Below are positions 14,400-27,284 of a DNA stretch of 64,000 nt, piece by piece. The notes beneath the pieces were generated by a model. It was not told the origin of the DNA, ran no database searches, and worked only from the letters and a program-made list of their open reading frames with translations. Position 1 is the first letter of the stretch. The number at the start of each line of letters is the position of its first letter. Made by a program: the position numbers and the translations under genes. The stretch comes from the human T2T-CHM13v2.0 reference genome, Homo sapiens. The DNA lies in assembly GCF_009914755.1 (NCBI RefSeq), contig NC_060931.1; one strand, written 5' to 3'.

Positions 14400-14750
14400 T
14401 TCCCAATCAAGAAGAAAATAAAAAGAATCTCCCTTCCAATATTGCCAATGGGCAGGCACTGAGCTTTGGAAAGAACATTTCCACTCACGGGTAGTTCTCT
14501 GCTCTACAAGGGAGTCCAGTCCTTTCTTAACACGTTTAGCCATTGATCCAAAATGTGATGTCCTATTAATAGTACCCATTGTTTTCATTTTCCTTTCTGG
14601 AGCTCTACAGTATGTTTAATTCATATTCCATGTTCAGCCTTTAAAGAGATGAAAGCTGATAATATTTCTTCCCTCGTTTCCGTATTTTTCTTTAGTAGAT
14701 TAAAAATCTCCAGACTCTTCAACTATACCTGATGTGATATGGTCTTTTAA
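14400..14750 (-). mobile_element. Probable L3/CR1 fragment
   Basis: Resembles CR1 antisense (tagattaaaaatctccagactcttcaactatacctgatgtgatatgg); weak. Confidence 0.4.
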
Positions 14751-14957
14751 TCTGTGCTAATTTACCCTCTCCAAAATTCCCAAAAGTATGGAAAACTTCT
14801 GGTCATTTTCACTATGTAAGCCAGCCTGTAACAGCTCACCTCTGAGCTTTTAAAAACTTTCAGTTTTGAAGTATTCTGGATTGCAATTTGTACTTTTTTA
14901 TGCTACAATAAATGTTAAAATTTTCTTTGCTGATTTGACTTGATTGTTGACAGTTTC

Positions 14958-14974
14958 TGGTGTCAGAAGTGGGA
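14958..14974 (+). promoter_or_regulatory. Retroviral primer-binding site, tRNA-Leu type
   Basis: tggtgtcagaagtggga is complementary to the tRNA-Leu 3' end (tcccacttctgacacca) and lies 5 nt after an LTR-like ...gaca end. Confidence 0.8.
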
Positions 14975-15403
14975 GCCCAAGGAGCTCCCTGATGACCCTC
15001 AATCCCTCAAACCCTCAAGACCCTCAAGATCCATAAGCAGGTGCCAACACCCAGAGAGCCTGTTGTGCTTACTCCTTCCTTGCCAACCACAGAGCTCATC
15101 TGATGAGGCCCTCTTGGATCTGAGCTCAGCTCTCTTGGTGCTTGACCTCTCCACTTGTAATATATAAAAGTGTTATTTTCAGTTTGCTTGGGTTAGCTTA
15201 GGAAAGTCACCTTTTTCTGTTCAAAGTGGGAGGATCCATGTTTCCCTGGATGCCAGAACAGTAGCTACTCTGGATAGACTTCCCATTGCTTATTTAGCAT
15301 TGCAAGAAAACAAAAAGGCAGAATGGCATCTTCCCAGTCCAAAGCACCCCAAAATTCTCCATCTAAAACTCTGGCTGGTTATGTGGTTAAAATCTGTGGA
15401 CTC

Positions 15404-15697
<294 letters not shown>

Positions 15698-18654
15698 CTA
15701 TGGACTAGGCTCTTTTACCTTTCTAGAGAAGTGAGTGAACTTTACTAAGGATAATCTGGAATTGCAATGGCTACTTTGGGGAAACTTTAACTTGGATAAA
15801 AAGATAGCTCATCTTAAAGATGTCCTTGAAAAGGGGGATATAAAAGCTCTCAAAAACAATGGAATACTTCTTTTATTGGGTGGAGAGGATTCTAAAAGAC
15901 AAAGTGGTTCTAAGATAGCTTCTTCACAGGATTCTTGCAGCACGCTAATGAGAAATTAAACCCTTAATTCAGATGGATCTGATGGAACTGACAGAATCAC
16001 ACCTTGCCAAACCCTCTGCTCCTTTCTACCCTCCACTGCCTGATTAAGCCAAACCTACTAATCCTCTTGATCCTGTCCTCACCTCCCAAACTCCCCCAAC
16101 ATCAGATGCCTTCTAAAGTAGGATATTCAAGTAAGCCAGAGATCCCACCCTCAGAGGAATGTAGTCTGGTTTGGAGCTGAGCTTCAACCCATTATAAAAG
16201 ATTTTCCAGAGCCCAAAAGGACCAAACTAAATTTACAGGAAAATTTGAAATTCTCCTTGGTGCCTATGATTCTGCATCTTCTGATTTATATAAAATTATC
16301 CATACAATAGCAAATCCAGGAGATACTCAAAATGGCTTCAAATAATAGGTTGGAGAAAGTCTACCAAAGATTTTGAGAACCCTACTAAAGATACCTGCAG
16401 AGACGAAACAAAAAGAGGCAAAAAATTAATCCAACCGCTTCTTGAAGCAGTTCTCAAAATTTTTCTTGTGAGAATAGACTGTGCTATAACACAATCTTTT
16501 AAACAGAAAAGGGGTAAACTGGTGGCAGATTTCCAGACTTCCACATTAGTTTAGAAGAGATATTCAGACAATGTTCTGGCCTCAAAGATCCTGGGACTGG
16601 TATTGCTGCATCTGCTCATTTATTTAGCTAGCTTTGCCCAGAACTCTGTAATTTACCAGAGAAACCTAAGTCAGAATGGAAAATCACCCCCTCCCAGAGC
16701 TTCCCTGTCTTGCTAAATATTTCAAAAAAAGCAATAGAGCAGGGAAAAAGCTATCAAGCAAATAAACTCATGGCCTTCCAATTATAACAATCACAGGGAC
16801 CTTGGTTCAACTTCAAAAGATCCACCCCCACTTACAATTTTACCCCTATTGATTGAGATGTCTACAGAAACTGTCAACAAAAGAGACACTGGGAAAAAAA
16901 AATCCCCTTTTAAATCATGGGCCGATTAAACATCTTAGTTGCCCTGTAAGACAGAATCATGAAGCTAATCAGATTCTTGTGTTGACTGTCAATATTGACA
17001 AAGCTCCAAGGAATCACCTAGTTAATTTCAATAATTTATTTCAATCAGTAAGGAGAAACTAAACTTGAAGTAAATGGGGGAAATGTGTATTGTTTTGGTA
17101 GATATCAAGGCAACTCTACATTAAATCCTACAAGAATACATCAAAATCTTCCACAGAGTAATAAAAATATCTCAATGGTGGGCATTTCCTGTCAAGTTCA
17201 AAGAGTTTATTGAAACCCATAACTGTCACCCTTGGCATCTTCCCTTAAAGTTACACCTTTCTCTTATGTGATACTACCCCTGTAAATTTCCTCAGTAGAG
17301 AAAGAAATTTATTTTGATTTCTTACTTGCTTTTCAAAGTAAGAGGTCAAATTAAATTTTCTCTAGGAAAAATAACCTTAGTTACACCAGATTCATCAGAC
17401 ATTGAAATGTTGTATGTTCCCGGGTCCGAATTGATTGTCCTGAGGAGACTGTTAAAGTCCGTAAAAATATAAATATTATAGATGTCTCTGAAATTTCTGT
17501 TAGCTATGGACCTCTTCTTCTACAAATATAGAAAAAAAATTAAAAGTGCCAGACATATTAAAATCCAGAATGATCTTTCAAAACCATGTCCTAGGTAACC
17601 TTGGTATCCCTTAAGACTTGAAGAAATACAAGGACTCACTCCTATAATAGATGTAATTACACAGAACCTTTGTCCTCAGACAGTGTTTTCAGCATCCAGA
17701 GATGGACACTCAAAGCAAAGGCTGCTGCACACCTGACAACCCCTCCCACCCACACTCCTCATGTCAGGTAGAGCCCTTCCTCACAAGGCAGGTTAGAGCC
17801 CCTTGTCACAGCTCATCATCTCACTCTTTTGAATTTAAATAAAAAATGCCAGCTCCCTATCCCCGACCTCTCCCACTGTTCCATGACCAGTTGAGGTTCA
17901 CAGGCCTTAGTCAGAACCTGGCCCCCCGCTGAGACCCCATTCTCAGGCATCCTGCAAGAGCCCGTCTCAGCTAGGTTTCTGCATCCCTCTGGATCCTACT
18001 CGGAGTTACAGGCAGGTGTATGGGCTGGTGCAAGGTGGAGACAGGACCTTTAGTGGAGGCTTTGTGAGTTAATTTTGAGTGTATGAAGCTCACCTCCTCC
18101 TCCCCAGAGGCCGGTTACAGCTCTCTTCCCACTCTTGCCTTCTCTGCTTGTCACAGGACAAGGGTCTGGCAGATTGCCCACCAGCTAACGACTGGAGACA
18201 GCTCTGCAATGCACTGGGCTTAAAGTACAGTAATTGCTTAAGAAATACTCGTGGATGGCTGTCTGCACAGTGATCAGAAACCCATTCTTTAAGACTATTT
18301 TTGACAACAGAAATTTCAAATGCTTTGTTAGTCCAAAATTTCTACTATTCTCTAAAATAGAAGGAAATCAGGAGAAGAAAAGGAGGGAGAAAGCATGGGT
18401 TAGTAATCAGCACTTGCTGTTTCTGTTTCTTGGTGTTCGCGGCAGCCACTGTGTCACCTGGCTGGAGTGTCACTGAATTGAGTGCAGTCTGGACGTGATG
18501 GATCAGGCTCTAAGGTCCACTGTGTATCTTCAACCTGTCCTCCTGGCCCAGCAGACGGGCCTGTCCCTCCCTTCTCCCTGTAGTTAGCCTCTCTGCACAC
18601 ATCCCGTCACACCCCGGCCCAAAGGGTTCCTCAAAAATGGGTAGCCATGTTGGG

Positions 18655-18890
18655 TTTAATAAGAAAATGTGGAAAATAAGTGTTGGTAAAGAGGTGGAAA
18701 ATTGGAGCCCCTGTCCACTGCTAGTGGGAATATAAAATGGTGCAGCCATTGCAGAAAATAATTTGGTGGCACCGAAAAAGGTCCACGTAAAATTATCATG
18801 AGACCCAGCCATTCTGCTTCAAGGTATACACCCACAAGAACTGAAAACTGAGACTCAGATACTTGTACAGCAAGGTTCATTGCAGCATTA
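18655..18890 (+). mobile_element. L1MB ORF2 3' fragment
   Basis: aataagtgttggtaaagaggtggaaaattggagccc...tataaaatggtgcagcc...ggtatacacccacaagaactgaaa. Confidence 0.85.
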
Positions 18891-19325
18891 AAAACTGGGA
18901 CTGAGGTGCTTGTACAGCAAGGTTCATTGCAGCAGTAAAAACTGGGACTCAGGCTCAGGTACTCGTATGCCGAGGTTCATTGCAGCATTAAAAACTGGGA
19001 CTCAGGCTCAGGTACTCATACACCAAGGTTCATTGCAGCATTAAAATCTGGGACTCAGGTACTCGTACGCCAAGGTTCATTGCAGCATTAAAAACTGGGA
19101 CTCAGGTACTCGTATGCCAAGGTTCTTTGCAGCATTAAAACCTGGGACTGAGGTACTCGTACGCCAAGGTTCATTGCAGCATTAAAAGCTGGGACTCAGG
19201 TACTTGTATGCCAAGGTTCATTGCAGCATTAAAAGCTGGGACTCAGGTACTTGTATGCCAAGGTTCATTGCAGCATTAAAAGCTGGGACTCAGGTACTTG
19301 TATGCCAAGGTTCATTGCAGCATTA
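18844..19325 (+). repeat. 47-bp minisatellite (10 units) derived from L1
   Basis: Unit aaaactgggactcaggtactygtatgccaaggttcattgcagcatta; units 3 and 4 are 53 bp; last three units identical. Confidence 0.97.
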
Positions 19326-19439
19326 AAAGAGTAATTACTATCTAAATATACAGAAACTCCCAATTCAGTAACAATTTATTCTTACATTTTTCTGTATCTT
19401 CAAATAATAGATACAGAAACAAAATTACCACAGATTTCT

Positions 19440-19550
19440 TGACCCCCAGAGCTTCTGATTCTAGGATGAAGTCCAAAGTTTTGCATTTCTAACAAGTTCT
19501 CAGGTGATGCTGATGCTTAAGGCCCAGGTACCACACTTTTATAAACAGGC
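19440..19550. mobile_element. MER5A (hAT) fragment
   Basis: cccagagcttctgattc...tgcatttctaacaagttctcaggtgatgctgatgct...ccacacttt. Confidence 0.75.
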
Positions 19551-21031
19551 TTTCAATAATGAGAATTCAGAAATGGCAGCGTACAGCATGCTGGGATTTG
19601 AAGGGAATGTGGAGCAAATCTGTGAACTGGATAGGATCAGGTCATAAAACCACACGATTCTAAGTGCTGGGCATTTACTGTTCTTTTCCGTGCTACATGC
19701 TGGTCAGTCTTCCAAACCAAGGCATCGCTCTCCCATAAAACACATCCGAATGGAGAGTGGGGGATCCTGGCTCCTCCACTGTTTCTCTTGGCCGGGAACA
19801 AGCTCTGCCCTGGGCTTGCCCTGCCCTCCCTGGGCTTGGTTTGCACAGGCAGCTTCCCACACACAACTTCTCTCCACAGGTGGGCTCATGCCCAGCTAAA
19901 GGTTCAGAAGACAGAAACCAGTGGGCTACTCCCCTTACCTTCAAGACTGTGAAAGCTAAGGATCAAACCTGACTGAGAAGGCCAAGGCGGCCACATGCTC
20001 ACTGTGGTCCCTGTCCCCTGATAAAGCTTGCCGAATGCCTGGATTCCAAGATGGGAACAGGGCAATGGACAGACCGAAGGGCAAGACCAAATGTGGGCTG
20101 TCGCCTGCTGCCTTTTCACTGTAGTCTCCCCTTTGGAGTAAATATTGAAGATACAGAGCGAATGCTATGTACAGGAGACAAAGTCTTCCTCTTCAGGGAA
20201 GGAGGAGAGCGAGGGGAGGTTGGTAACCACCCTTACGCTCAACACACACAGGCTCACTCACGTGCACAACACTCACGTGCACAACTCTCGGAGCTCCTGA
20301 GGGTGACTGCCTGTTATTACACATTACATTTGACGAGCACATTCTCAATCTGCGTCAGTTCAGGATCATGTGAAAGAAATTATGTTTTTACTCTCATCAA
20401 AACAAAGGAATTAATTTAAATTACTGTGTCCCTTCTAAAGATCTGGAAACAACCTTGATTTTTTTCCCCAGGAAGATACAAAGAGAGAAACAATAATAAT
20501 CTGATTTACACGTCAAAGTATTTTTTGGGGGGATATCATTGTTACTTTGTTTTGTTTTAATTAATCTCTTCAAAGGACCGTGGAGGAGAAATGGTGAAGC
20601 CTGAGTTGAGAACTGAAACCGAAAAGGCACCTTTTTTCCCCTCTCTTTGATATCATAAAGTATTTACAGCTATTAAAATTAATTTCTTATGTATTCATTT
20701 AATTATATGTATTGAGTGTCTACTATGTGCTGAAGCTATGCTAAGAACTATGGTTACAAAAGTGAGGAAAATCAAGCCTGCCCGTGCTATCAGCTTACAG
20801 CCTGATTGTACAATGACCGTAAAGTCAAACTGAAGGAAAATGTGAAGCAAATTTGAGAACTAAAGATGATCAGATGATAAAACTTCACAATTCTAAGTAC
20901 TGGCCATTCACTGTCCTTTTTCATGTGGTATACTGGGCTGTTGTCCAATACCAAGGTATCATTCTCCCATAAAGCACACGTGTTTTGCTCTATGAGAATG
21001 TATTAAAAGAAGATTTAAAAATAAACAAATA

Positions 21032-21341
21032 GGCCTGGTGCGGTGGCTCACTCCTGTAATCCCAGCACTTTGGGAGGCCGAGGCCGGCGGATCACGAGGT
21101 CAGGAGATCGAGACCATCCTGGCTAACATGGTGAAACCCCGTCTATACTAAAAATACAAAAAAAAAAAAATAGCTGGGCATGGTGGCGGGCGCCTGTAGT
21201 CCCAGCTACTTGGGAGGCTGAGTCAGGAGAATGGTGCGAACCCAGGAGGCAGAGCTTTCAGTGAGCCGAGATCGCGCCACTACACTCCAGCCTGGGTGAC
21301 AGAGGGAGACTCCGCCTCAAAAAAAAATAAAAATAAAAATA
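21032..21341 (+). mobile_element. AluY
   Basis: ggatcacgaggtcaggagatcgagaccatcctggctaac and gagaatgg diagnostic motifs; TSD aaaaataaacaaata at 21017-21031 and 21342-21356. Confidence 0.96.
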
Positions 21342-22515
21342 AAAAATAAACAAATAAAATATGTTTATAAAAAAGGATTTAACCTTGACAGAAATTGCAG
21401 AAAACACATTCCTGAGGAAATAAGCTGGAACCCTGAAGGTGTGTGTTTGTGTCTGTGCAGGTGTTTGCATGAGGGTGTCACCTGCATGGGTATGTGTGCT
21501 CATAGACCATGAGAGTATTGAAAGGAACGCCTTAGAAAGAGACAGCAGCATCGGCAAAGACCCATCATAAAGGAGAGGATGCAGATTCTGCACATGTGTC
21601 CCAGAATTTAAAGTAAAATAAAAAATAAATAAAAAATATTCTGGTTAAGTGTATCTTTCTCTATGTGTATATATAGTTTCATATTTTGGTCACCAGGGAA
21701 CCATATGCAAAGTGATATGCATAGATATATGTGAGTTTCACTTAACACGTTTCTTTATGAAACTGAAGACTCCTATATATATATATATGCACCATTATAA
21801 ATCATACACAGATAGTGATATATAAAATATAGTAAAATGTGTTTAATACCAAAAGTACAATAAAAATAATACAATGTTTTCTTGCTAAAGCACTTGAGGA
21901 TCTATATTTTGAGTCCACCATTATAGATGTCAATTTTCTTTGCAGGCCCCTCTACATACGCGAGGTTTGGAAATGGAAATAATGTATTACATAATAGAAA
22001 ATATCTAAAACACCAAAATAAACTTTACTGTTAGGATGCGGCATGGCTCAAAAAAAGAAAGAAGAAAAGGATGACCTCCAGGGACTGAACAAGGACAGTA
22101 TTGAGAGTGTGCAGAGAATATGGGCATGAGATAACCGGAGACGGACCTTTCAATATGGGTCTCCATGTTCAGTGTCTTTGTTCTTATTTTATATATTGAA
22201 AGAGGAAAGCCACTGCCTTTCTGTTCGTTCCTTATCTTCTCAGCCTCTAAAAGCTGACATTAGTAGTAGTGGCATAAAGCAGCCATTCTCAAAAGTGTGG
22301 CATAGGAACCCCTGGGGTTCCTAGAGACATTGGTTTATGAGAGTCCATGATGTCAACATTATTTTTATAAAAATACTATAATGTCACTATTTTTTTCTCA
22401 TTGTCTCATGAGTATACAGTTAAAAGTTTGTGAATACATTTTTTGTTTCCCCATTGCAACTAACCTTTAAGAAATTACCATCTGTTTCTTATTGGTGGAA
22501 AATCAAGGAAGAAGG

Positions 22516-22812
<297 letters not shown>

Positions 22813-23060
22813 TCAAGGAAGAATATCTGCAGTTTTCTTAAAAGCTTATTAAAATAACATCCTTTCTCTAATTTGATATCTGTGTGAAGCCAAGTTTTTT
22901 TTTTTCATATTCTTCAACCAAAATAAGGTATTGCAAGAGACTGAATGCAGAAGCAGGTGTGATAATCCAGGTGTCTTCCCTTGGGCCAGATGTTAAAAAT
23001 ATTTGAAAAAAAATACAAAACAATGCCAATCCTCTCACTATTTTCTTTTGAAAAACATAA

Positions 23061-23138
23061 TTTGTTTGTTTTTGTTTTTTTGAGATGGTGTCTCGCTCTG
23101 TGGCCCAGGCTGGAGTGCAGTGGGGCAATCTCAGCTCA
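23061..23138 (-). mobile_element. Alu 3' fragment (tail plus ~57 nt)
   Basis: (TTTG)-type tail then tgagatggtgtctcgctctgtggcccaggctggagtgcagtgg...ctca, ending abruptly. Confidence 0.9.
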
Positions 23139-23306
23139 TGTAAAACAATGACGCACTTATCTAGCCACATGTAGGTTAAGATAGCCAAAGTCATTTTTTA
23201 AGTGAGTGGGCATAATAAACACCAAGTTTAGAATGGTGGTGAGCTCTGGGCAGGGAGGGAGGAAAAAGCAAGTAGATCGAAGTGAGCAGGATTTGTGACT
23301 TTTTAA

Positions 23307-23624
<318 letters not shown>

Positions 23625-24257
23625 TAACGCAATTTATTTGTATTAACATAGAATGATATTATTATCATTTTAAATGACTTAATAAAGAAATATTTTTAAA
23701 TACTCTTAATTTTAATTCTAATGTGTTAAATATCAATTTGCTATAATCCACATAAGAAAAAGATCTTTGTTGTCCTCAGTACATTTTAAGAGTATAAAGG
23801 GCTCACAAAACCAAAAAGTTTGAGAACCATGATGTAAAGAGAAATGCAAAGCAATGTTGCTTCTCTTTGGACCTAGATGAAGTAAGAGCCATCTAATGTT
23901 ATATAATATGGGGATGCTTTGAAAGAGTTTCCACCAAACTGCCTTCTGGATGGACTTGTTTTGAACCCACATCTCTTGATCATCAATGCACTCACTGAGA
24001 TAAGAATGACTTCCTTTGTTAAGATTCACATCCCACCAGGTCAGTGGCATATTCTCATCCTTCAGTGTATATGACTGCATAGAACCTACACTAAAAGGAA
24101 AATTATCTGTGAGTTCTTCTTTACAGCAAGTTAGAGAGAGATTCAAATGGTCTGTCCACAAGGAGAGTGACAGCTGGGGGAATGAAGGGCAGGAAGGTAA
24201 GCAGAGGTGAGGGTTCTCATTAGCCTTTATGCCACTCGATAGCATTGTCTGCTTAGA

Positions 24258-24448
24258 TAGCTCCCAGATCACACAGTACACTCATTTTAATTCAAATTTC
24301 ACATAAACAACATGTATTTTATTTTGTATAAATATGTCCCAAATCTTGCATGGGCCATACTTATACTAAAATATAATTGGCTGTTTTTATGAAATTCAGT
24401 AATAACTGAGTGTCTTGTATTTTCATTCACTAAACCTGCTAACCCTAG
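24258..24448. mobile_element. MER53 palindromic DNA element
   Basis: Central tatgtcccaaatcttgcatgggccatacttatactaaaa, end ...cctgctaacccta; imperfect inverted arms. Confidence 0.8.
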
Positions 24449-25396
24449 CTGCTTAGGAATAGATACTCTGCAGCTTAAGTGTTTGCTTCATTCATTGCTT
24501 TTTAAAATATCATTTCTGTTAAGTGCTTCATACCTTGTAAGAAGATAAAGAAACCAGTTTAGTTTTTAAGAGACTGAGCAAAAGACTTCTTTGTACTGGA
24601 ATTGGTGGCATTTGATGCATACTTGCATAAGTATGTCATGGACGAAGAATTTTTGAATTTTTTTTATTCTAGTAGAATTTGTTGTCAGGTGACTTGTCCC
24701 ATATATTTAGTTGCTCTGCCCTTAAGTACATAGATAGCAGTCTTACTTTCTTACTTGTACATTTGCTTCTCTATCTCTTTTATTTTTTTTGCAATGTTTT
24801 CACATTCCTTCAGTTAAAATTAAGCAAATAGAAAGCACTATTTTCTAACTCATTCTTTTATTCAGTTCAATTCAATGATTATGGAATAAGCACCAACTCT
24901 CTGCCAAGTGTTCTCCAAGGTGCTGGAAACAGCAGCATTAACCTAACATAAAAACTCTCAGAGTGGACATAACATTGCAGTATGGGGAGACAGACTCTAT
25001 AAATATCATAGAGGTGGTGGTGTAAATAGTACTGAGAAATTAAGTCTGGTAAAGTGCTAGGTAGTGCCAGGGTGTAAGTGGATTTGATATTATAGATATG
25101 GCAATTGGGGAAAGTCTCATTTATAAGATGATATTTCAATAACAACCTAATGGAAGTATGGGGATGAGCAATGAGACCATCTCAGGGAATAGCATTGTAG
25201 GTAGAGGGACAAGAAAGTGTGAGGGGCTCAGATAGGAAAGTGATTTGTCAGTTTGAGAAATGGCAAGGAGGCCAGGGTGGCTGAATCACGATGAGAAAGA
25301 AGGAGAGTGGTAGGAAATGAAGTCAGTTGGTAGTGAAGTGAGGGTACAGTGTGGGCAGAATACATATAGTCTGATAAACCATAATAAAGACTTGCA

Positions 25397-25700
25397 GGTA
25401 GGATGTGGTGGCTTCTACCTGTAATCCCAGCACTTTGGGAGGCTGAGGTGGGTGGATCACCTGATGTTAGGAGATCAAGACCAGCCTGACCAACATGGTG
25501 AAACCCCGTCTTTATTAAAAATACAAATATTAGCTGGGCATGGTGGTAGGCACCTTTAATCTCAGCTACTCTGGAGGCTGAGGCAGGAGAATTGTCTGAA
25601 CCCAGGAGGTGGAGGTTGCAGTGAGCCGAGATCGTGCCATTGCACTGCAGCCTGGATGACATAGCAAGACTCTGTCTCAAAACAGACAAACAAACAAACA
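25397..25700 (+). mobile_element. Alu (AluSx/Sz-like)
   Basis: Full Alu with (CAAA)n tail. Confidence 0.95.
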
Positions 25701-26279
25701 AAAACACTTGGGCTTTTGCTCTCAGCCAGATAGGAAGCTACCTGTGGTTCTGACTCGTGTTTATACAAGTTCATTCGCAGTGTTATAAAGAAGATGCTGT
25801 GAGGTACTAAGAAAGGAAACAAGGAGAGAATATAAAGGGTGGTTTCAATATGAGATAATAGGAGAGAATGAAGGTTTAATCTGGGAAGGAAGCAGTGATG
25901 GAGGAGAAGCTGTCTGACTTTGGATAATATTTATAATGTAGAATCAGAATTTGCTGCTGCATTGGACATAGGCTGTAAGAGAAAGGGAGGAGTAAAAAAT
26001 GACTCTAGCGTGTTTGCCCTGAACAGCTAGAAGGATAGAGTTGTCATTTACCAAGAGGAACGTGAAATAAGGAATGAGTTGTTCTGTTTTGGGAGGGGAG
26101 GGGGGATCAGCTGTTGAGGTTTATACATAAATTAGAGACGCCCACTAGATTGCCAAGTAGAGATGCTGGTGATGCTGAGAGCTCAGTTGGGTAAACAAGT
26201 CACAAATGACAGGGGCAGATCAGGATTGGAGAGAACCAGAAGCAGCAGCTACAGAAGGAGAAAGAAAAGAAAAGGCGAA

Positions 26280-26494
26280 GTAACGTGTACACAGGGACAC
26301 AGCGTGTGGAATGACAGACACTGGAGGCTCGGAAGGAGCCGGGTGAGAGGGAGATGGATGACGAAATATTACTTAATGGGTACAGTGTTCATTACTTGGG
26401 TGATGACTATACTAAAAGCTCAGGCTTCACCATTATTCCATATATTCATGTAACAAAATTACACTTATGCCCCTTACATTTATACAAATAAAAA
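26280..26494 (+). mobile_element. L1PB/MA 3' end fragment
   Basis: ttacttaatgggtacagtgttcattacttgggtgatg...catgtaacaaaattacactt...tatacaaataaaaa. Confidence 0.8.
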
Positions 26495-27284
26495 GATAGT
26501 AATCTCAGCTTCAAACGAAGGGTTTCAAGAAAGAGACAGTGATCACATGATGCTTTGTGATATGCAGATGTTGGTTAAAATGAGGACTAGATTAACCCCT
26601 GAGTCTGACAATAGAAGGCATGATGTCTCTGGCAAGAGCAGTGTCAGGTGTGTGGTGGACAGGTTGGGGCAAATTAAAGGGAAAATGAAAGGGAAAGGAG
26701 TGGGAACCAAGAGCAGGAGACAGATGTTTCAGGGTTCCCCTCTTAAAGGAGACCACAGAAATGGGACAGTAGCTAGAAGGTAGTGTGGGTGTCAGAAGGA
26801 CTTTTTCCCTTAGCATAGGAGACTTTAGAGCATGCTTATATGCTGGTGGAAATGATCTAACATATTAAATAAATAGATGATGCAGGACAGTAAAATGACA
26901 ATTCCTGAAGCAATATACTTAGGCACATGTCTCTAACAAATGGAACAACCTCGTTATTTGGAGATATGGAGTTATTCAATCTTAGGAAAATTATAAATTT
27001 AGATAATTGGCTAGCGATGTTTTTTAGCAAAAGGGCCAAATTAGCCAATTAAGAATGTGTACAAGCTGCTTTTCTCCTTCAAAATGAAAATAGCATATTG
27101 AGCTGGAAATGAAAAATGCAGGCTTTAATAACTTAATTTAAATATTTTATTGATTAGGAAAACATGAATGAGAAAATGCCTTTTTTAAAACAATTACATT
27201 GCTAATGTCTGAGTATCTAAGCACATGGAAGTATCATTCTAATATTTTATAACTTTGAATGTAAATGCATTTTGAGTGTTTCAG

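Larger units (their letters stand above)
24845..26860 (-). mobile_element. L2 (L2a-like) long fragment with nested Alu and L1
   Basis: Starts at antisense L2 tail (cattcttttattcagttcaattcaa), with motifs aaggaggccagggtggctg and gatgttggttaaaatgaggactag. Confidence 0.8.

Noticed and set aside
18844-19325. Regular repeat array that superficially resembles CRISPR
   Set aside because: Head-to-tail units with no unique spacers, in primate DNA, and derived from L1.
23733-24281. Longest ORF in the track (182 aa, minus strand)
   Set aside because: Non-ATG start, overlaps the Charlie1 and MER53 ends, has no recognisable domain and no exon structure; probably chance.
25228-25707. Alu-derived ORFs (also 23322, 33318, 46831, 53353 and others)
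   Set aside because: Standard antisense-Alu translations ([12 protein letters not shown]...), not genes.
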